From: Octopus vulgaris
Lineage: Eukaryota
NCBI GenBank assembly: GCA_951406725.2
Contig: OX597832.1
Coordinates: forward strand, 59,954,001 to 60,018,000
Direction: 5' to 3'
Length of the DNA stretch: 64,000 bases
Shown: in pieces, positions 46,306 through 61,248 of the stretch
Position numbering within the stretch: position 1 is the stretch's first letter
How the letters are laid out: each line of letters starts with the position of its first letter
Notes under the pieces: generated by a model
The model's input: the letters and a program-made list of their open reading frames with translations, nothing else
What the model was told of the DNA's origin: nothing
Databases searched by the model: none
Program-made: the position numbers and the translations under genes

Positions 46306-47382
46306 GTTATTATTATAGTGGCTTACTTCCGGTCTAGTTTTAATTGAGCTTGCCTTTGATAATCGTCGGGAAAAATGGGGAGAAAATAGTTTTTTTGAAC
46401 GAATTTCCTTTAGGTATTTGTTCATACCAGGATACAGTCTCTACAGACACCACTGTCAGTGAAAATCTACGTCTCGAGTTCTGGTAGACACAAGGCCGTT
46501 TACTCGATTTTCATGGCGTAAAAATGGCCGAAATCACAACAGTTACCCCTTAATAAGACGCCAGTCTGTTGCAAGGTAAATCATGTACAGCTGAGTGCAA
46601 TGGCGCAACGTGATATGAAGTGTTTATCTCAAGGACACAATGCACCGCGCGGTAAGGAATAGAAACCGTGATCCTGGGATCATTAGTGCAATATACAGAC
46701 CGCAGACTAAGCACGTTCACTAACAAGCAATATGCCTGCTGGTAACCTGTAACTAACGACGCTATAATGGCATTATTACACCTATAATGGCATTAATTAA
46801 TACAGTACCACAGTACCGAACCAATTATCTGGCAGACTTGGTACCGGAAGTACCTGGGATTTGTTGATTTCCGGTTTGGAGGGAGAGTCTCAATATAGAC
46901 TTAAACTATTAAATGAACTATGGAATGTAAAGAATGTACTTAACAGTCAATACATTTCTAAAGCAGGGTTTGCTTCGCATCTATTATTCCACTTAAAATT
47001 CTTAAGATATACCATATTCTACCACGTACGTAGTATAATATTTACAGGATGAAAATTAATTGAAGAAAACTAATTTAATTTAACAGATGCTAATTAATAC
47101 AATTTTACGCAGGGCATGTATGGTATTTTTCAATCCACAAAAGAGCAAATGCTAAACACATCGTATGCAAATTAATCAACTTCAAAAACAGGATCTCATT
47201 ACTCAATACACGATAAGGCGTATAGCACAGCCAGAATAATCAGGGAAGTATTAGGTAGCTGAAAAGAACGTATTGTGTGGTACCGTGGGCTGCAGTTAGT
47301 GAGCCCGCTACGCATGCAAAGCCCCAGGAGCTCCAACAAAAATTTGACATGAAGAGAAAGGAATAATAATAATAATAATAAT

Positions 47383-47675
47383 CGGAGACCCCCTTCGGTC
47401 ACGAATGACCATGGGATTGCACCTAGACAGTTACCCTTCCAAGCACAAATCCGGGCAAGGTTGTTTATGGAAGACCAGCAGTTGTCCATGCATACCGGCC
47501 TCCCCTCTCCACGCCACCGATGTCATCCAAGGGAAAGGCAAAGGCCGATACAGCTTGTAACCCGTGACGTCGCAACTCATTTCTACAGTTGAGTGAACTG
47601 GAGCAACGTGAAATAAGGTGTCTTGCTTAAGAACACAACACAACCCTGTAAGGGAATTGAACTCACAACCTCACG
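47383..47675 (-). mobile_element. SINE family C
   Basis: Reverse complement of 44290-44588; (TAA)n at its tail. Confidence 0.85.
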
Positions 47676-47707
47676 GTCTTTATTTTTCAAACGTACTTCA
47701 TTTAAAT

Positions 47708-47966
47708 TAGTGGTTTTCAAACAATTTTTTCCCTATAGGACTCTGATTTCGATTTTACTCGGATGGACACTCACGGCCTTAGAAATTTTTTTTTAAATCC
47801 CAATATATTTTTATAATTCATTTTGGTGAGGAATTATATTTAAAAAATTGTTGAAATATTTTGTATATTACAAAAGTACAATCCGCTTTTTTTGCACGTA
47901 AAGTTTAACAACAAAATCTTATATGGACCCGCCAAGGGTCATATTGACTCCAGTTGAGAACCACTG
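47708..47966. mobile_element. hAT-like MITE
   Basis: TIRs TAGTGGTTTTCAA / TTGAGAACCACTG; TSD not clearly preserved. Confidence 0.55.
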
Positions 47967-48184
47967 ATCTTGAACTACATTATTTATTTTGTTTCATCTC
48001 CCTCTTTTTGGTGGTGGTGGTGGTGGGGGGGGGGATCTGCGTAGTTTATGATAGGATCAGAGAGGGATTCGGTTCGTATTTCTAGGAGGTGGACCGAGCG
48101 CGAAAAACTTCCATCGTGGTGATTGGGGCGAAGTGCTGACAGCGTTATGATTGTCGCTTTCTGTGATGCAAAAGCAGTACAACC

Positions 48185-49108
48185 GTTGGTGGTGGTGGTG
48201 GTCACTTTGGTTGGAGTGGCAGTAGTATTGGTGGTGATAGTGGTGGTGGTAGTGATGATGGTATTAATGCTGATAGTTGTGTTAGTACTTGATGGCGGCG
48301 GTGGAGTTAAATGCGATAGCGGTGGTGGTGGTGGTGGTAGTGATTGTCATATTGTTGGAAATGTCAGTGGAAGTGGAGGTGGTGGTGGTGGTGGTGGTGG
48401 TGGTGGTGGTTGTCATATTGTTGGAAATGTCAGTGGAGGTGAAGGTGGAAGTAGTGATGGTGGTGGTGGTGGTGGTGGTGGTGGCGGTGGTGATGGTGGT
48501 GGTGGTGATGACAGTGTTAGTGGTTTTTGGCAATGTTGTTGCTGTAGTGGTTGTGGTGGTCGTAGCGGTGATTGTATTAGCGTTTGGTGATGGTTGTGGC
48601 GGTGGTCGTATTGGTATTATTCTTCGGTGCCGGCGGTGGTTGTGTTGCTACTGTTGTGGGAGATAGGTGCTGGGAGTAATGATGGCAGTGGAGGCGGAGG
48701 TAGTGCGGCGGTTGGGGGTCCTTGTCACGTTGGTACGAATGGCGGCGGCGATGATGGTGGTGGTTGTGGTGATGGTGGTGGTTGTGGTTGTGGTGATGTT
48801 AGTTGCTTGTTGCCAATGGATTGGTATAATCTGGGCCGTGGTGAGTCTCTTGAGGATTGTTGCAATGGTTGTGATGAAGAGGGGTTTGGCATTGATCATA
48901 AACTGCAGAACGTGGGAACAGCAGCAGCAGCAACGGCAGCATCGGTCACAGCAGCGGTAACAGCAGCAGTAGTAGCTGTAACAGCAGCAGCAACATTTGT
49001 AGTTATGATAGTAATATTAAAAGTAGTAGTAGTAGTAGTAGTAGTGTTAATAGTAGCAGCAGTAGCAGCAGTAGTAGCAGCAGTAGTAGTAGTAGTAGTA
49101 GTAGTAGT

Positions 49109-49146
<38 letters not shown>

Positions 49147-49147
49147 C

Positions 49148-49217
<70 letters not shown>

Positions 49218-49286
49218 ATGGTGGTGGAGCTGGTGCTAGTGCTGGTGGTCGTATCAATAGTAGTAGTGGTAATAGTAGTGGTAGTG

Positions 49287-49323
<37 letters not shown>

Positions 49324-49380
49324 CTGTAGTAGCAGTAGTACATCAGCAGCAGTAGTAGTAGTAATAGTAGCAGCAGCAGG
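48185..49380. repeat. GGT/GTA/GCA trinucleotide low-complexity domain with a unique core at about 48800-48920
   Basis: Direct reading; includes local duplication TTGTCATATTGTTGGAAATGTCAGTGGA (about 48343 and 48410). Confidence 0.85.
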
Positions 49381-49709
49381 AGCTAAGTCTGATCACCGGG
49401 AAGGGGGTGAGGGTGGAGGGGAGGGTAGAAGGTGTAGACAAAGATCAATGACACATGAATTATAGATAAAATCGCAGTCTATTCTATTGGAATGTGCTTC
49501 TGGTCAAGATCGATAAATTGTTACATCAGGCTCTTATTGATTTTTGCTAATAAACTGGAGAAAGCCACTTGGGTGTTAGGAAAGGTTATAACCAGATATT
49601 GATTCTCATATCCACACATCCACACACACACACACAAACACGCATAATATAAACATATACAAACACATACACACACGCACACATACGTACGCATACATAT
49701 ATACATATG

Positions 49710-49762
<53 letters not shown>

Positions 49763-49996
49763 CAGATGTAGGCAGAGTGAATGGAGACATACACTTAGGT
49801 AGACACAAACCTCTGGTTTAATTCGTGATGAAAATACATCGTCTACTTTTAGCATTGACAGACCAAACAAATTTTCTGGATTATAAATATGCGCGTCTGT
49901 ATGTATGTGTGCGAATATACAGATATAAATATATATATGAAAATATATATATATGCAGATTAAGTTACGTACAGACATACGTACGCATACATATAT

Positions 49997-50035
<39 letters not shown>

Positions 50036-50109
50036 GCATACATATTTTTTTTTTTTTTTTGTACTTGTTTCAGTCATTTGACTGCGGCCATGCTGGAGCA
50101 CCGCCTTTA

Positions 50110-50265
50110 GAGTGGTGAAAGAGTACAGCAGGGATCACCACCTCCTGCCGGAGCCTCGTGGAGCTTTTAGGTGTTTTTTTCGCTCAATAAACACACACAA
50201 CGCCCGGTCTGGGAATCGAAACCGCGATCCTCCGACCGCAAGTCCGCTGCCCTAACCACTAGGCC
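50110..50265 (-). mobile_element. SINE family D, 5' part
   Basis: Reverse complement matches head of 22293-22392. Confidence 0.75.
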
Positions 50266-50322
50266 ATATATATATATATATAAAGTATATATAAATATAT
50301 ATACATATATATATATATAAAG

Positions 50323-50371
<49 letters not shown>

Positions 50372-50373
<2 letters not shown>

Positions 50374-51034
50374 ATATAAAATCCGTTGTGTCTGTCTTCT
50401 AGGATCTCGGGTATCTTCCATCCGATTGCGCTCAAATTTGATATGGAGATACCAACGGTATCAGGGCGTGTATAAGTCTTCAAAAAATTACAAAAATCGA
50501 TTCCAGGTGAGAATACGATCGATAAAGCCGTGGGAACGTGCATTTGTACGAGCAAGTGCATCAGCTGTTGCGATCGATACTACAAAATACGCGAAAAAAT
50601 GCACGTGCAGTTTGTGCAAAAAAAAGCCGAGTGGCTTGAAATAATACCACAAAATGCAGTATATTTAAGAGACCAAAAACGTGAGATGTAAAAGAGATAT
50701 TTTCTTCGATATTATTGAAATAAAGGCATGCTTAATTATTTTTTAATGAAAAGTACTGTTTAAACTATGTTTGTGTTCTCCCAGTCAACAGCCTTGTTAT
50801 TACTGGTGTTTTAAACTCTTCGGATGCATATTTGTGTGAATAAAATCGCTTTTCTTTGGAATAGATAAAAGTGTATCTTTATTTTTTTTGTTGGTGTCTC
50901 AAATTTAGGTTAAATCAGTGTTTCTCAAAGGGGAGGCCTATGGGACGGTCGGACAAATTGTTTTGAGAAAATTTGGTTTAAATGTTTGACAACACAGCAC
51001 CGTCCATTGGACGGGGGGGTGGGGCGTTTTACTC

Positions 51035-51035
<1 letters not shown>
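50372..51035 (+). mobile_element. Probable non-autonomous Helitron
   Basis: 5' TATATAAAA...GTGTCTGTC...ATCCGATTGCGCTCAAATTTG resembles animal non-autonomous Helitron ends; subterminal hairpin CCGTCC-ATT-GGACGG (51000-51014) then CTCG|T (CTRR-like); sits in (TA)n; no TSD. Confidence 0.55.
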
Positions 51036-51082
<47 letters not shown>

Positions 51083-51544
51083 ATGTATATATATATATAT
51101 ATATATAATTATAATTTAAACCATGGAAATAAAAGATAAAAATACAAATCTAAGAGAAATTATTATTATTGTTGTTGTTGTTGTTGTTATTGTTATCCTC
51201 CTCTTCCGCAACTTGATCCTGCTAATCATCATCATCGTTGTCGTCGTAGTCATCGTCGTTAATGAAGAAAATGGAAATTTTACACCTTCACGACTATAGT
51301 GGCGAGTACTTTCATCCTAATCTCAGAAGGAAATCCTCGTACTTATAATTCTAAATTTGTCTGTTATCAACATTTAAACTTGTCAACATCGAAACTTTTA
51401 AACATGTTTTCCTAATTCCTAATTCTAAATTTTTATCATTGATAAACATAAAATATTGCTGAAACTAGTTTGTTATATATATAAGTGAATAAATTCATTT
51501 CAAAACAATTAAAAGTTTTTCAAATTTAGGTTCATTTTCCAGTC

Positions 51545-52320
51545 TGAGAGTCTCTGGGCGTCGACGAGAACGAACTGGCTAGTCTGTTCCGAAGGTGCCC
51601 GCAGAGTGACGAAACCATTCTGCACGGTCTCGTTCAGTGTCCGGGCATTACTGACTTATGGTGTTATGTCGAACAGTTGCTGTCACCTGTTGGACAGATC
51701 CGTCTGTCGGCGGAGCTTATAGGGATGATCGCACCACCGCCCTCCGGCAGTCGGGCTGGCAAATCAGTTTTCTTTTGCCTGGTGGCTGTGACGAAAAATG
51801 TTGCTTGGTGGACGAGGCTGAAAGACATGAGGACAGATACATTCCACTTTGGTAGAGCACTCATTGACTTCTTTAAGTTTCACTAGAGAAGAAAAGTGAG
51901 AGTGGAGACTGAAGTGTTGTCTTCGAGTGAGTTTATTGAAAGGTGGGTGAAAGTTGCGAACATGGCGAGAGTAGATGGTACCTCTTTAAGCGTAGACCTG
52001 TGAGTTGGAGAGAAGGAATTGGAGAAGGCACTTGCTCTTGGGTTTTCATGGAAATCTCAGACAGTGGGGTTCCTCGATTATCTCTTGAGACCTTCCTGTA
52101 TCAGGAGGGCCACATCTCTATCATCCTCCCCGCCACTTTTTCCTTTAACCTTTGTATGCTGTGCATATGTCCCTTCTTTTCAGTATATACCGTGTATACT
52201 TAATTTCTTTCATTCCTTTTTGTTTATTATTTTATTTTATGTAACCCCACCCCCACATTTTATGTCTGTCTTTGAATTCTTTCCCCTCATCCTTCGCTCT
52301 TGTGCCAAATAAATGAAATT
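51545..52320 (+). mobile_element. 3' fragment of Tx1/L1-like LINE (ORF2 CCHC region plus 3' UTR)
   Basis: CPQSDETILHGLVQCPGITDLW (CCHC/zf-RVT-like) continuing LVAVTKNVAWWTR...FIERW; pyrimidine-rich UTR ending AATAAA and (TTA)n. Confidence 0.7.
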
Positions 52321-52344
52321 ATCATTATTATTACTATCACTATT

Positions 52345-52567
52345 AAGGTAGCGAGCTGGCAGAATTGTTAGCACGCTAGACGAAATACTTAGCGGTATTT
52401 CGTCCGTCTTCACGTTCCGAGTTCAAATTCCGCCGAGGTTAACTTTACCTTACGTCCTTTCGGGGTCGATGAAACAAATACCAGTTGAGTACGTGGGTCG
52501 ATGCAATTAAGTCGATGACTACCCACCTCCCCAAATTTCAGGCTTTGTGCCTATATTAGAAAGGATT
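52345..52567 (+). mobile_element. SINE family B, full length
   Basis: Complete head, central domain and tail. Confidence 0.85.
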
Positions 52568-53009
52568 ATTATTGTTGCTGCTGTTATCGTTGTTTTTGTT
52601 TTTGTTCTTGTTATTATTGTCACTGAGTGTTGCTGTGGGTGAACCTGTGCCTAAACCTCATACCAGTATTGAACAATATTCGTGTTAACATTGTTTATAA
52701 CTTCTTTTCTTTTTTTTGTCATGCAGAGATGTCATTTTCATTTATTTATTCTTTCTCCAACATAACAAGATCAATAGTCGCAGTCGGAGTTAATAGCCAG
52801 TTAGTATGGTAGTAAAAGTCACGCTTGACAAACATAGACAACGTTCCCCTATCAAAATATTGTTTCCAAAACGAAAACATTTAAAAAGCACAGCCGATAT
52901 GACAAATAAACTGTCACAGCACCGAGAACTGGGGCTTTGGATGAACCTGCACAATATTCCTTTCAATCTAACAATAGCAACCAAACCTTTTTAATCTCAG
53001 TTAAACTTT

Positions 53010-53350
53010 TGGGCAAGTGTCTTCTATTATTGCTTAGGGCCGACTAAAGCCTTGTGGGTAGATTTGGTAGACGGAAACTGAAAGAAGCCTGTCGTATACA
53101 TATATTTATGTGTGTGTATATGTGCATGTGTTTGTGTGTTAAACTTTGTGTTTGTGTTTATACCCTGCTAGACAACCGGTGTTAATGTGCTTACGTCCCT
53201 GTAGCACATTAGCGGTTCGGCGAAAGTAAACGATAGAAGAGATACCAGGCGTAAATTTTTTTTAAAAAGTACTGGGGTTGATTCGTTCGACTAAGGTGGT
53301 GCCCCAGCATGGCCGCAGTATAATTACTGATGCAATTAAAAGATAAAAAG
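53010..53350 (+). mobile_element. SINE family A, 5'-truncated and diverged
   Basis: TTGGGCAAGTGTCTTCTA...GAAACTGAAAGAAGCC...CCAGCATGGCCGCAG. Confidence 0.7.
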
Positions 53351-53699
53351 ATTAAAGAAAGCAACTAAGTATCCGCTCGATCTTCTACAAATAGCAGTCA
53401 AATGTCCCTCGGCATACACTCTATACTGTGTAGTAAAGAAGAAAAGATTGGATGCGCTATGTCAGTAAAAAGAACGGGATGGGCATGCTGGAACGCCATT
53501 GTTTAGAGCTCTGCTCTATTAAAAAGAATAAGAGAAGTTTGATATTCTTTTGCCATTAATAGATGTATTTTTATGAAGAAGAATCTAAAAACATTGCTAA
53601 CGTGCGTTTTCAATCATAGAAATCGATTTTTAAAAAAGTGTATGTTAATGATGGAGACAGAGCAACCAAGCCTACTTCCGGTAATGGCGGACATACTTG

Positions 53700-53930
53700 G
53701 AGATATCTGGCTCATTAGCATCTGTCGTATTGCCATTTATTTTACAATCTACGTAACATTCTACTGAGGGACCATACGAGGATATGAGTGAAGATTGCCC
53801 GAGGAAAAAGTATGGATGTCAACGAAGAAGAAATGTACAGCTTTCTAGAAATGTATTTAAATTGGGGATTATGGAAAGTTTCCAAATACCTCTGGGCAAA
53901 GAATTTTCAAATACGTTTTTGCTGTCGTTT
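53700..53930 (+). pseudogene. Possible highly decayed piggyBac transposase fragment
   Basis: DVNEEEMYSFLEMYLNWGLWKVSKYLWAK resembles the piggyBac segment D(V/T)..EEM.AF.G....MG.......YW; short and diverged. Confidence 0.35.
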
Positions 53931-55298
53931 ATACTCGGGAAAAGGTCAGGTTGAACTCATCCATGATCGATAACAATCCAGTTATAACCATTGTGTCTTT
54001 TTGTCTTCTTTGTTTTTCTTTCTTAACACTCAGTATATTTAAGACCACATTAAATATGGACCCTTCTTTCTTTAAGACGGTTAAACGTAACTTCCAAAAG
54101 CCTTTGCTACTATTTCCATGTTTATTGAATACATAGCGCAGACAGACATTTTCAACCACTCTCTCTCAGTATAGTCAATGCTATCTTAAGGACATTGCCC
54201 AGGGGTCGCACGAGTTTTGGGACCTTATTCCAATTTATATACTTGTGACCGCACGGATTTAAAGACCCTCTTCTAATCTATATATTTTGTGGTTTGTTGT
54301 CAATGAATAAATACTATAAGGAACAGTGCACTGATTTGTCCTGGGACCTAAAATACTACTAAAAGGGTCGTTAGTATAGTTGGGGTTTGCGTATACTCCT
54401 CCGATACACTACGATTTTTTAAGAATCGAGTAGGGAAAAAGCTATGGTATTATGAATCAATGTAGCCAAGACAAGTGACTAGAAAAAAAGATTAAGTGAA
54501 TCTTATTAGTATGTTTATCGAATCTATAAAGCAGACATTTTCAACAAGTCGGCTGCTGTACACTTGTGTACAATCCATAAGTAAGCAGTGTGTTTGTATT
54601 CTTTATGCAAACCACATTATAAATAGACCAGTAGCCAGTCGTCAGAAGGAGGTCGAAAGTCCGAAGAGTTGAGAGTCGAAAGTTCTAGTCAATTTCTTTA
54701 TTAACCATGAGGTTGAGAAAAAGAGGGGACGATACGAGGACAGACAAAACAAACATTGAGGTCAGGGTATCGAATGAGACGAAATGACAGTTCTAGTTGG
54801 CGTCTTGTGGAGCTATCAGCGATAGTAAGACAGAAATTGGAGTATTACTATTCCAGTACGAGGTGATAAAACGATATCCGATGACTAGTAAGCATTGTGG
54901 CTACTAGCGTAAAACAGCAACTACAGTACAACGGCAGTCACACATCACACCAATGGGAGGAACTCACTTTACAATGCTTTAATCCAGCCAGAATACGCCA
55001 TATTAAAAAGAGAAAAATTAGTGTTTAAAAAATGCAGCATACTGTTTGTATGTATTCCTTTCTGGCAAAGTGAAGAGGGTGTACCACACACGCATACACA
55101 CACATGCGCGAGCGCATACACACACATACACACACACACATATCTATGTCTCATAAAACTGGAATGAGCAATCGGATGCTTCGAAGTCACTGTCAAAATT
55201 TTCCATTTAAAAGTTAATGAACTCTACAAAATATGTATTGCATATATTTCAGTTGAATGTGCATACATACATACATACACACATACATACATACATAC

Positions 55299-55331
<33 letters not shown>

Positions 55332-55364
55332 TACATACATACATACACACATACATACATACAC

Positions 55365-55397
<33 letters not shown>

Positions 55398-55430
55398 TAC
55401 ATACATACACACATACATACATACATACAC

Positions 55431-55491
<61 letters not shown>

Positions 55492-55772
55492 CGCATTTAA
55501 ATATTACTTACATATATATATACACACACATACACACATATACATACAAACGGTAAGTATCACATCACTATTATAATAGTTAGTTCATTAAAATTATTAG
55601 CACATTAAATTAGCGCCATTGTTCATATTTTCAGTGTCATTAATTATAACATTACATTCACCATGACTATAATAATACTTCTATCGCAACTTACAATTTT
55701 TTAAGTAAAAATTGACGAATATTGTACGTGTTTCTTTTTTCATAACTATAAACCTACTTTTGCACAACCCTG

Positions 55773-56310
<538 letters not shown>

Positions 56311-58371
56311 GTACATACGGACATACACCAATATGTGCATATACATACTGACACACAGAAACACCCACACACACTCTCACGCACACTCGAAATGTAAAAC
56401 AAAATCAACAACATGAGAAGTGGACAAGAATAACAACCACCACAACAGCAACAACAACAAAATAACGAAAAAAAATCTCACATCACCATCAACACCACTA
56501 CCACCACCACCACCATCACCGACAACAACAGCAAATGTAAAAAAAAAAAAGAAGTAGCAAAATAAAGCAAAGCACAAACAGCAACAGAAAAGACCAAAAA
56601 AAAATGGTAGACGTCTGTTTGTTTTCTGTTTCATTTTGGAGATGATTGTAGGTAGAAGAGTATTTGTGACTGGTGAGTGACTCAACTGGTTGATGGCCGT
56701 GTAAAGAAAATCTTTTAGTTGAAATAATTGAGATAACTATTCGTGAAGTTATGCTGTAAAACCGGCTGAGTCACATTTGGGTTTTTTTTTTCTTGTTTGT
56801 TGAGTTTTTGTTTCATTTTTTATTTTTTTGGCGATTGGGTGGTGGAATAATCCTTGGGGGCTGGATAGGGGGGTTTCAAAAGTTGGTAAACACACGGGTC
56901 ACGGCGTTGACTTGCCTTTTGGTTAAAAAAAAAAACGAATAAAATTTGGTGGTGAGGAGGAAAAGTTGGGGTAAGAATTTACTATCAACATACACCGTTT
57001 ATTCTGCTTTTGCCGTTTGGCTGTCTGACTGGCTGGTTGGTTGGTTGGTTGGCTGGTTGGTTGGCTGGTTGGTTGGTTGGTTGGCTGGTTTGTTGGTTGG
57101 TTGGTTGGTTGGTCGGTCGGTCGGTTGGCTTCATAATTACAAATCACACAGAGTGCAAAGTGATCTTTCGGTCGATCCCAGACTTGGCAAACATCCAAAA
57201 GAAAAGAAAACAAGCAAAAAAAAAAAGAAAAAAGGAAAACAGTAAAAGACAAACAGAGAGAGCGCGAGAGGGAGGGTGTATGCGTGTGCGCGCGTGTGTG
57301 TGTGTGTGTGTGTGAGGGAGAGAGTGGAGGAGAGAGATGAGAAGGAGAGAGAGAAAGAGAGAGGGTGAGAGAAAGAGTGTACTCTACGGCATATAATTTC
57401 CATCGGAATCCTCAAAGATAAACATTGTACTGCTACCATCAACACCATCATCATCATCATCATCTTAATCATCATCATCTTAATCATCGTAATTGTATTC
57501 AGCAGCAGCAGTAGTAATAGCAGCAGCAGCAGTAATAGCAGTAATAGCAGCAGCACCACCACCACCACCGTCGCCCCCGTCGTCGTTGTCGTCAGCGTTG
57601 CCGTTTCCATTATTGTTTGAGAAAGGCCGGTTGTTGACAGAAATGAGATAATACCGGACTAAATGCCAAATGATATTTAGTTTCCTCACTTTTACCCAAC
57701 CCCTCATCCCCCACTACACACACACCCTTCCCTTTCACTCTCTCTCTCTCTCTCTCCCATACCTCTCTCGGCCTTCCTTTCCCCCGGTTTTGTTCTTTCG
57801 TTTTGCGTTCAAGTTCCACAGGGATTTCGTTAACTATACGCAAATAATGAGCTAGGTTTCCATTTAATTAATTGCGCTGTTGCATTAGAGGAAAGAGAAG
57901 ATGCCAGGTGTGAGACAGACATTGTTGAGGACTGAACTAAATGCCTTACATTATTTGTTCTTGTGCTTTCCGGATTTTGCGAATCCGGTCAGAACGAACC
58001 CAACTTGTCTCTCCCTTCTCGAAGAATCATGATTAGCATTTACAGACAATTGCATCGTCATCTTCTCTCACTTCGCTTTGACACTTTAGCATTAGAACCG
58101 ATCATATCCGGCCTAAATATTCTTCCTGTTCAAACAGGTCTGATCTAACCTCTCACGCATACCCTACAATGCCGTTCTAAAAATAGGCAATAACATCATC
58201 ATAATCTCAGAGCTTCAGACTGTGTTATAAGAAACTTGCTCCCAACCACATGGTTCCGGGTTCAGTCCCACTGCGTGGCAATTTGGGCAAGTGTCCTCTA
58301 CTAGAGCCTCGGGGTGACAGAAGCCTTATGAGTGGATTTCGTAGACGGAAACTGGAAGAAGCCGGTGCTAT

Positions 58372-58435
<64 letters not shown>

Positions 58436-58977
58436 GGCCACAATCTAATGAGTGCAACCAGTAAAAGGTAAAAGATACATACATACATACAAACAAAAAT
58501 ACCTAGTTACTAATGTTGAAATTCCAATGACATACACACAACGACACCTCCAAATAACAAGAGTTTTAAGGAGAAAAATATTTCGGCAAAACTATCACAT
58601 CTATTATCCTACGATATTCTGTTTATTACGGATAAATATATATCAGTCAAAAATATGTTGAAGACACAAAGAAAACAAGCAGCTTTGCAATGTCGTCTGC
58701 CTATGAGTCGAAAACTGTACGCCTCTATAAACATTATTATTATTGTTGTTATTTCATTAGAGTTAATGTATAACTCTGATACTTATATTGTTTACTTTTC
58801 ATTTATTATTGTCCCCTGTTAGCAAACACTTTACTAAAAACGTGTGGCAATTGTTTATACATAGCATATCTGATGTAATAATAATAATAATTCTCACGCT
58901 ATGTGTAATGTATCGATTGGCTCTCATTCTTTCTCTCTTTCCTCCTGTCTTTCCATATATATTCGTATATTACGTAG

Positions 58978-59079
<102 letters not shown>

Positions 59080-59242
59080 GGCAAACAAACGCAGAAGGCT
59101 TTGTATGTTAGGGGGTTGGGGAGAAAGTTACTATGGAAGGTTCCTAGTATAATAAATTGTCGCTTCAAATCGCACAATAACATATGTATACATAAATATA
59201 TTTATATATATATACATACATATATGCGGGTGTATGTATATA

Positions 59243-59605
59243 TTTTACTTATTTCAGTCATTTAACTGCGGCCAAGCTGGAGCACCGATTTTTAGTCAGG
59301 ACTCATTCATTGTAAGCCTAGTACTTATTCTATCGGTTTCTTTTGCAGAAACACATCTCCATCGGTCGTCAAGCAATTTGAGGGGTGGGCAAGCATAGAC
59401 AGACAACCCCCCACACAAACACATACACACACATATATATATGACGGGCTTCTTTCAGTTTCCGTCTACCAAATCCACTCACAGTGCTTAAGTCGGATCG
59501 AAGCTATAGTAGAAGAGACTTGCCCAAGATTCCACAGAATGGGACTGAACCCGGAACCATGTGGCTGGTAAGAAAGCTACTTACCACACCCCCACTCCTG
59601 TGCCT
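59243..59605 (-). mobile_element. SINE family A
   Basis: Matches family A with internal deletions. Confidence 0.8.
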
Positions 59606-59849
59606 ATAGCTTCTATTTTTTTTTTTTTTTTCGATATATCTACCTTGCTTAATTTAATCCTAATCCGGACTGGATTGATTATGATTGGCAGTTACCACAG
59701 AGACATTAACGATAAACATGATTAAATTATATCTTGAATCCATGAAATAATTAGCTGTAAATCTTTTCTCAGAAATTAGTTATGCAATATATTGAAATGT
59801 ACCGATGATACTCCCTATATCATAATAATAATAATTAAAATATCAGCGT

Positions 59850-60147
59850 GAACTTCGCTCATGAATGACCATGGGATAGCACCTAGAAGGTTACCCTCGA
59901 AGGCACAAGTCCGGGCAAGGTCTTTTGTGGAAGGCCTGCAGTCGTCCATGCATACCAGCCTAAAGCCAGAGGGGCCGATACAGCTTGGCACCAGTGACGT
60001 TGCAACTCATTTCTACAGCTGAGTTAACTGGAGCAACGTGAAATAAAGTGTCTTGCTCAAGAACACAACACGCAGCCCGGTCCGGGAATCGAACTCACAA
60101 CCTTAGAATCGTAAGCTTGACGCTCTAACCACTGAGCCACGCACCTC
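59850..60147 (-). mobile_element. SINE family C
   Basis: Reverse complement of 44258-44588 including the tRNA head. Confidence 0.85.
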
Positions 60148-60169
60148 CACAGCGTGAAATTTTGCTGCG

Positions 60170-60651
<482 letters not shown>

Positions 60652-61047
60652 TATACGACGGACTTCTTTCAGTTTCTGTCTTCCAGATCCACTCACGACT
60701 TTGATCGGACGCTCGTCAAAGGTTCCACGCAGTGGGACTGAACCAGGAACCAAATGATTATGAAGCAAGCTTCTTACCACACAGTAACACCTGCGTAAGT
60801 ATATTATATGCATAAATACACAAATATTCATATAGACTGATTTGGTCACTCCAACAAAATAATAAGCTTCTGCTACTGGTATTTATGAAGTCATTGTTTA
60901 ATGTAAGTCAGGCAGTGAGCTGGGATAATTGTTACTGCGCCAGGCATAATGCTTAGCAGCATTTCATCCGTCTCTACGTTCTCAGTTCAAATTCCACTGA
61001 GGTCGACTTCACCTTTTAAACCTTCCGGGGTTGATAAAATAATTACC

Positions 61048-61211
61048 AGGCGCAGGAGTGGCTGTGTGGTAAGTAGCTTGCTAACAAACCACATGGTTCC
61101 GGGTTCAGTCCCACTGCGTGGCACCTTGGGCAAGTGTCTTCTACTATAGCCGCGAGCCGACCAAATCCTTATGAGAAGATTTGGTAGACTGAAACTGAAA
61201 GAAGCCCGTCG

Positions 61212-61248
<37 letters not shown>

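Noticed and set aside
46921-46934. TGGAATGTAAAGAA, identical to the first 14 nt of miR-1
   Set aside because: Diverges from mature miR-1 afterwards and has no complementary upstream arm to form a pre-miRNA hairpin
48594-49355. 253-aa Gly/Val/Ala-rich ORF
   Set aside because: Mostly GGT/GTA/GCA repeats; only the ~120 bp core is complex and is reported separately
54500-54960. Possible solo LTR (TATAAATAG followed by CAGTC)
   Set aside because: No TG...CA termini with TSD identified and no second copy in the window
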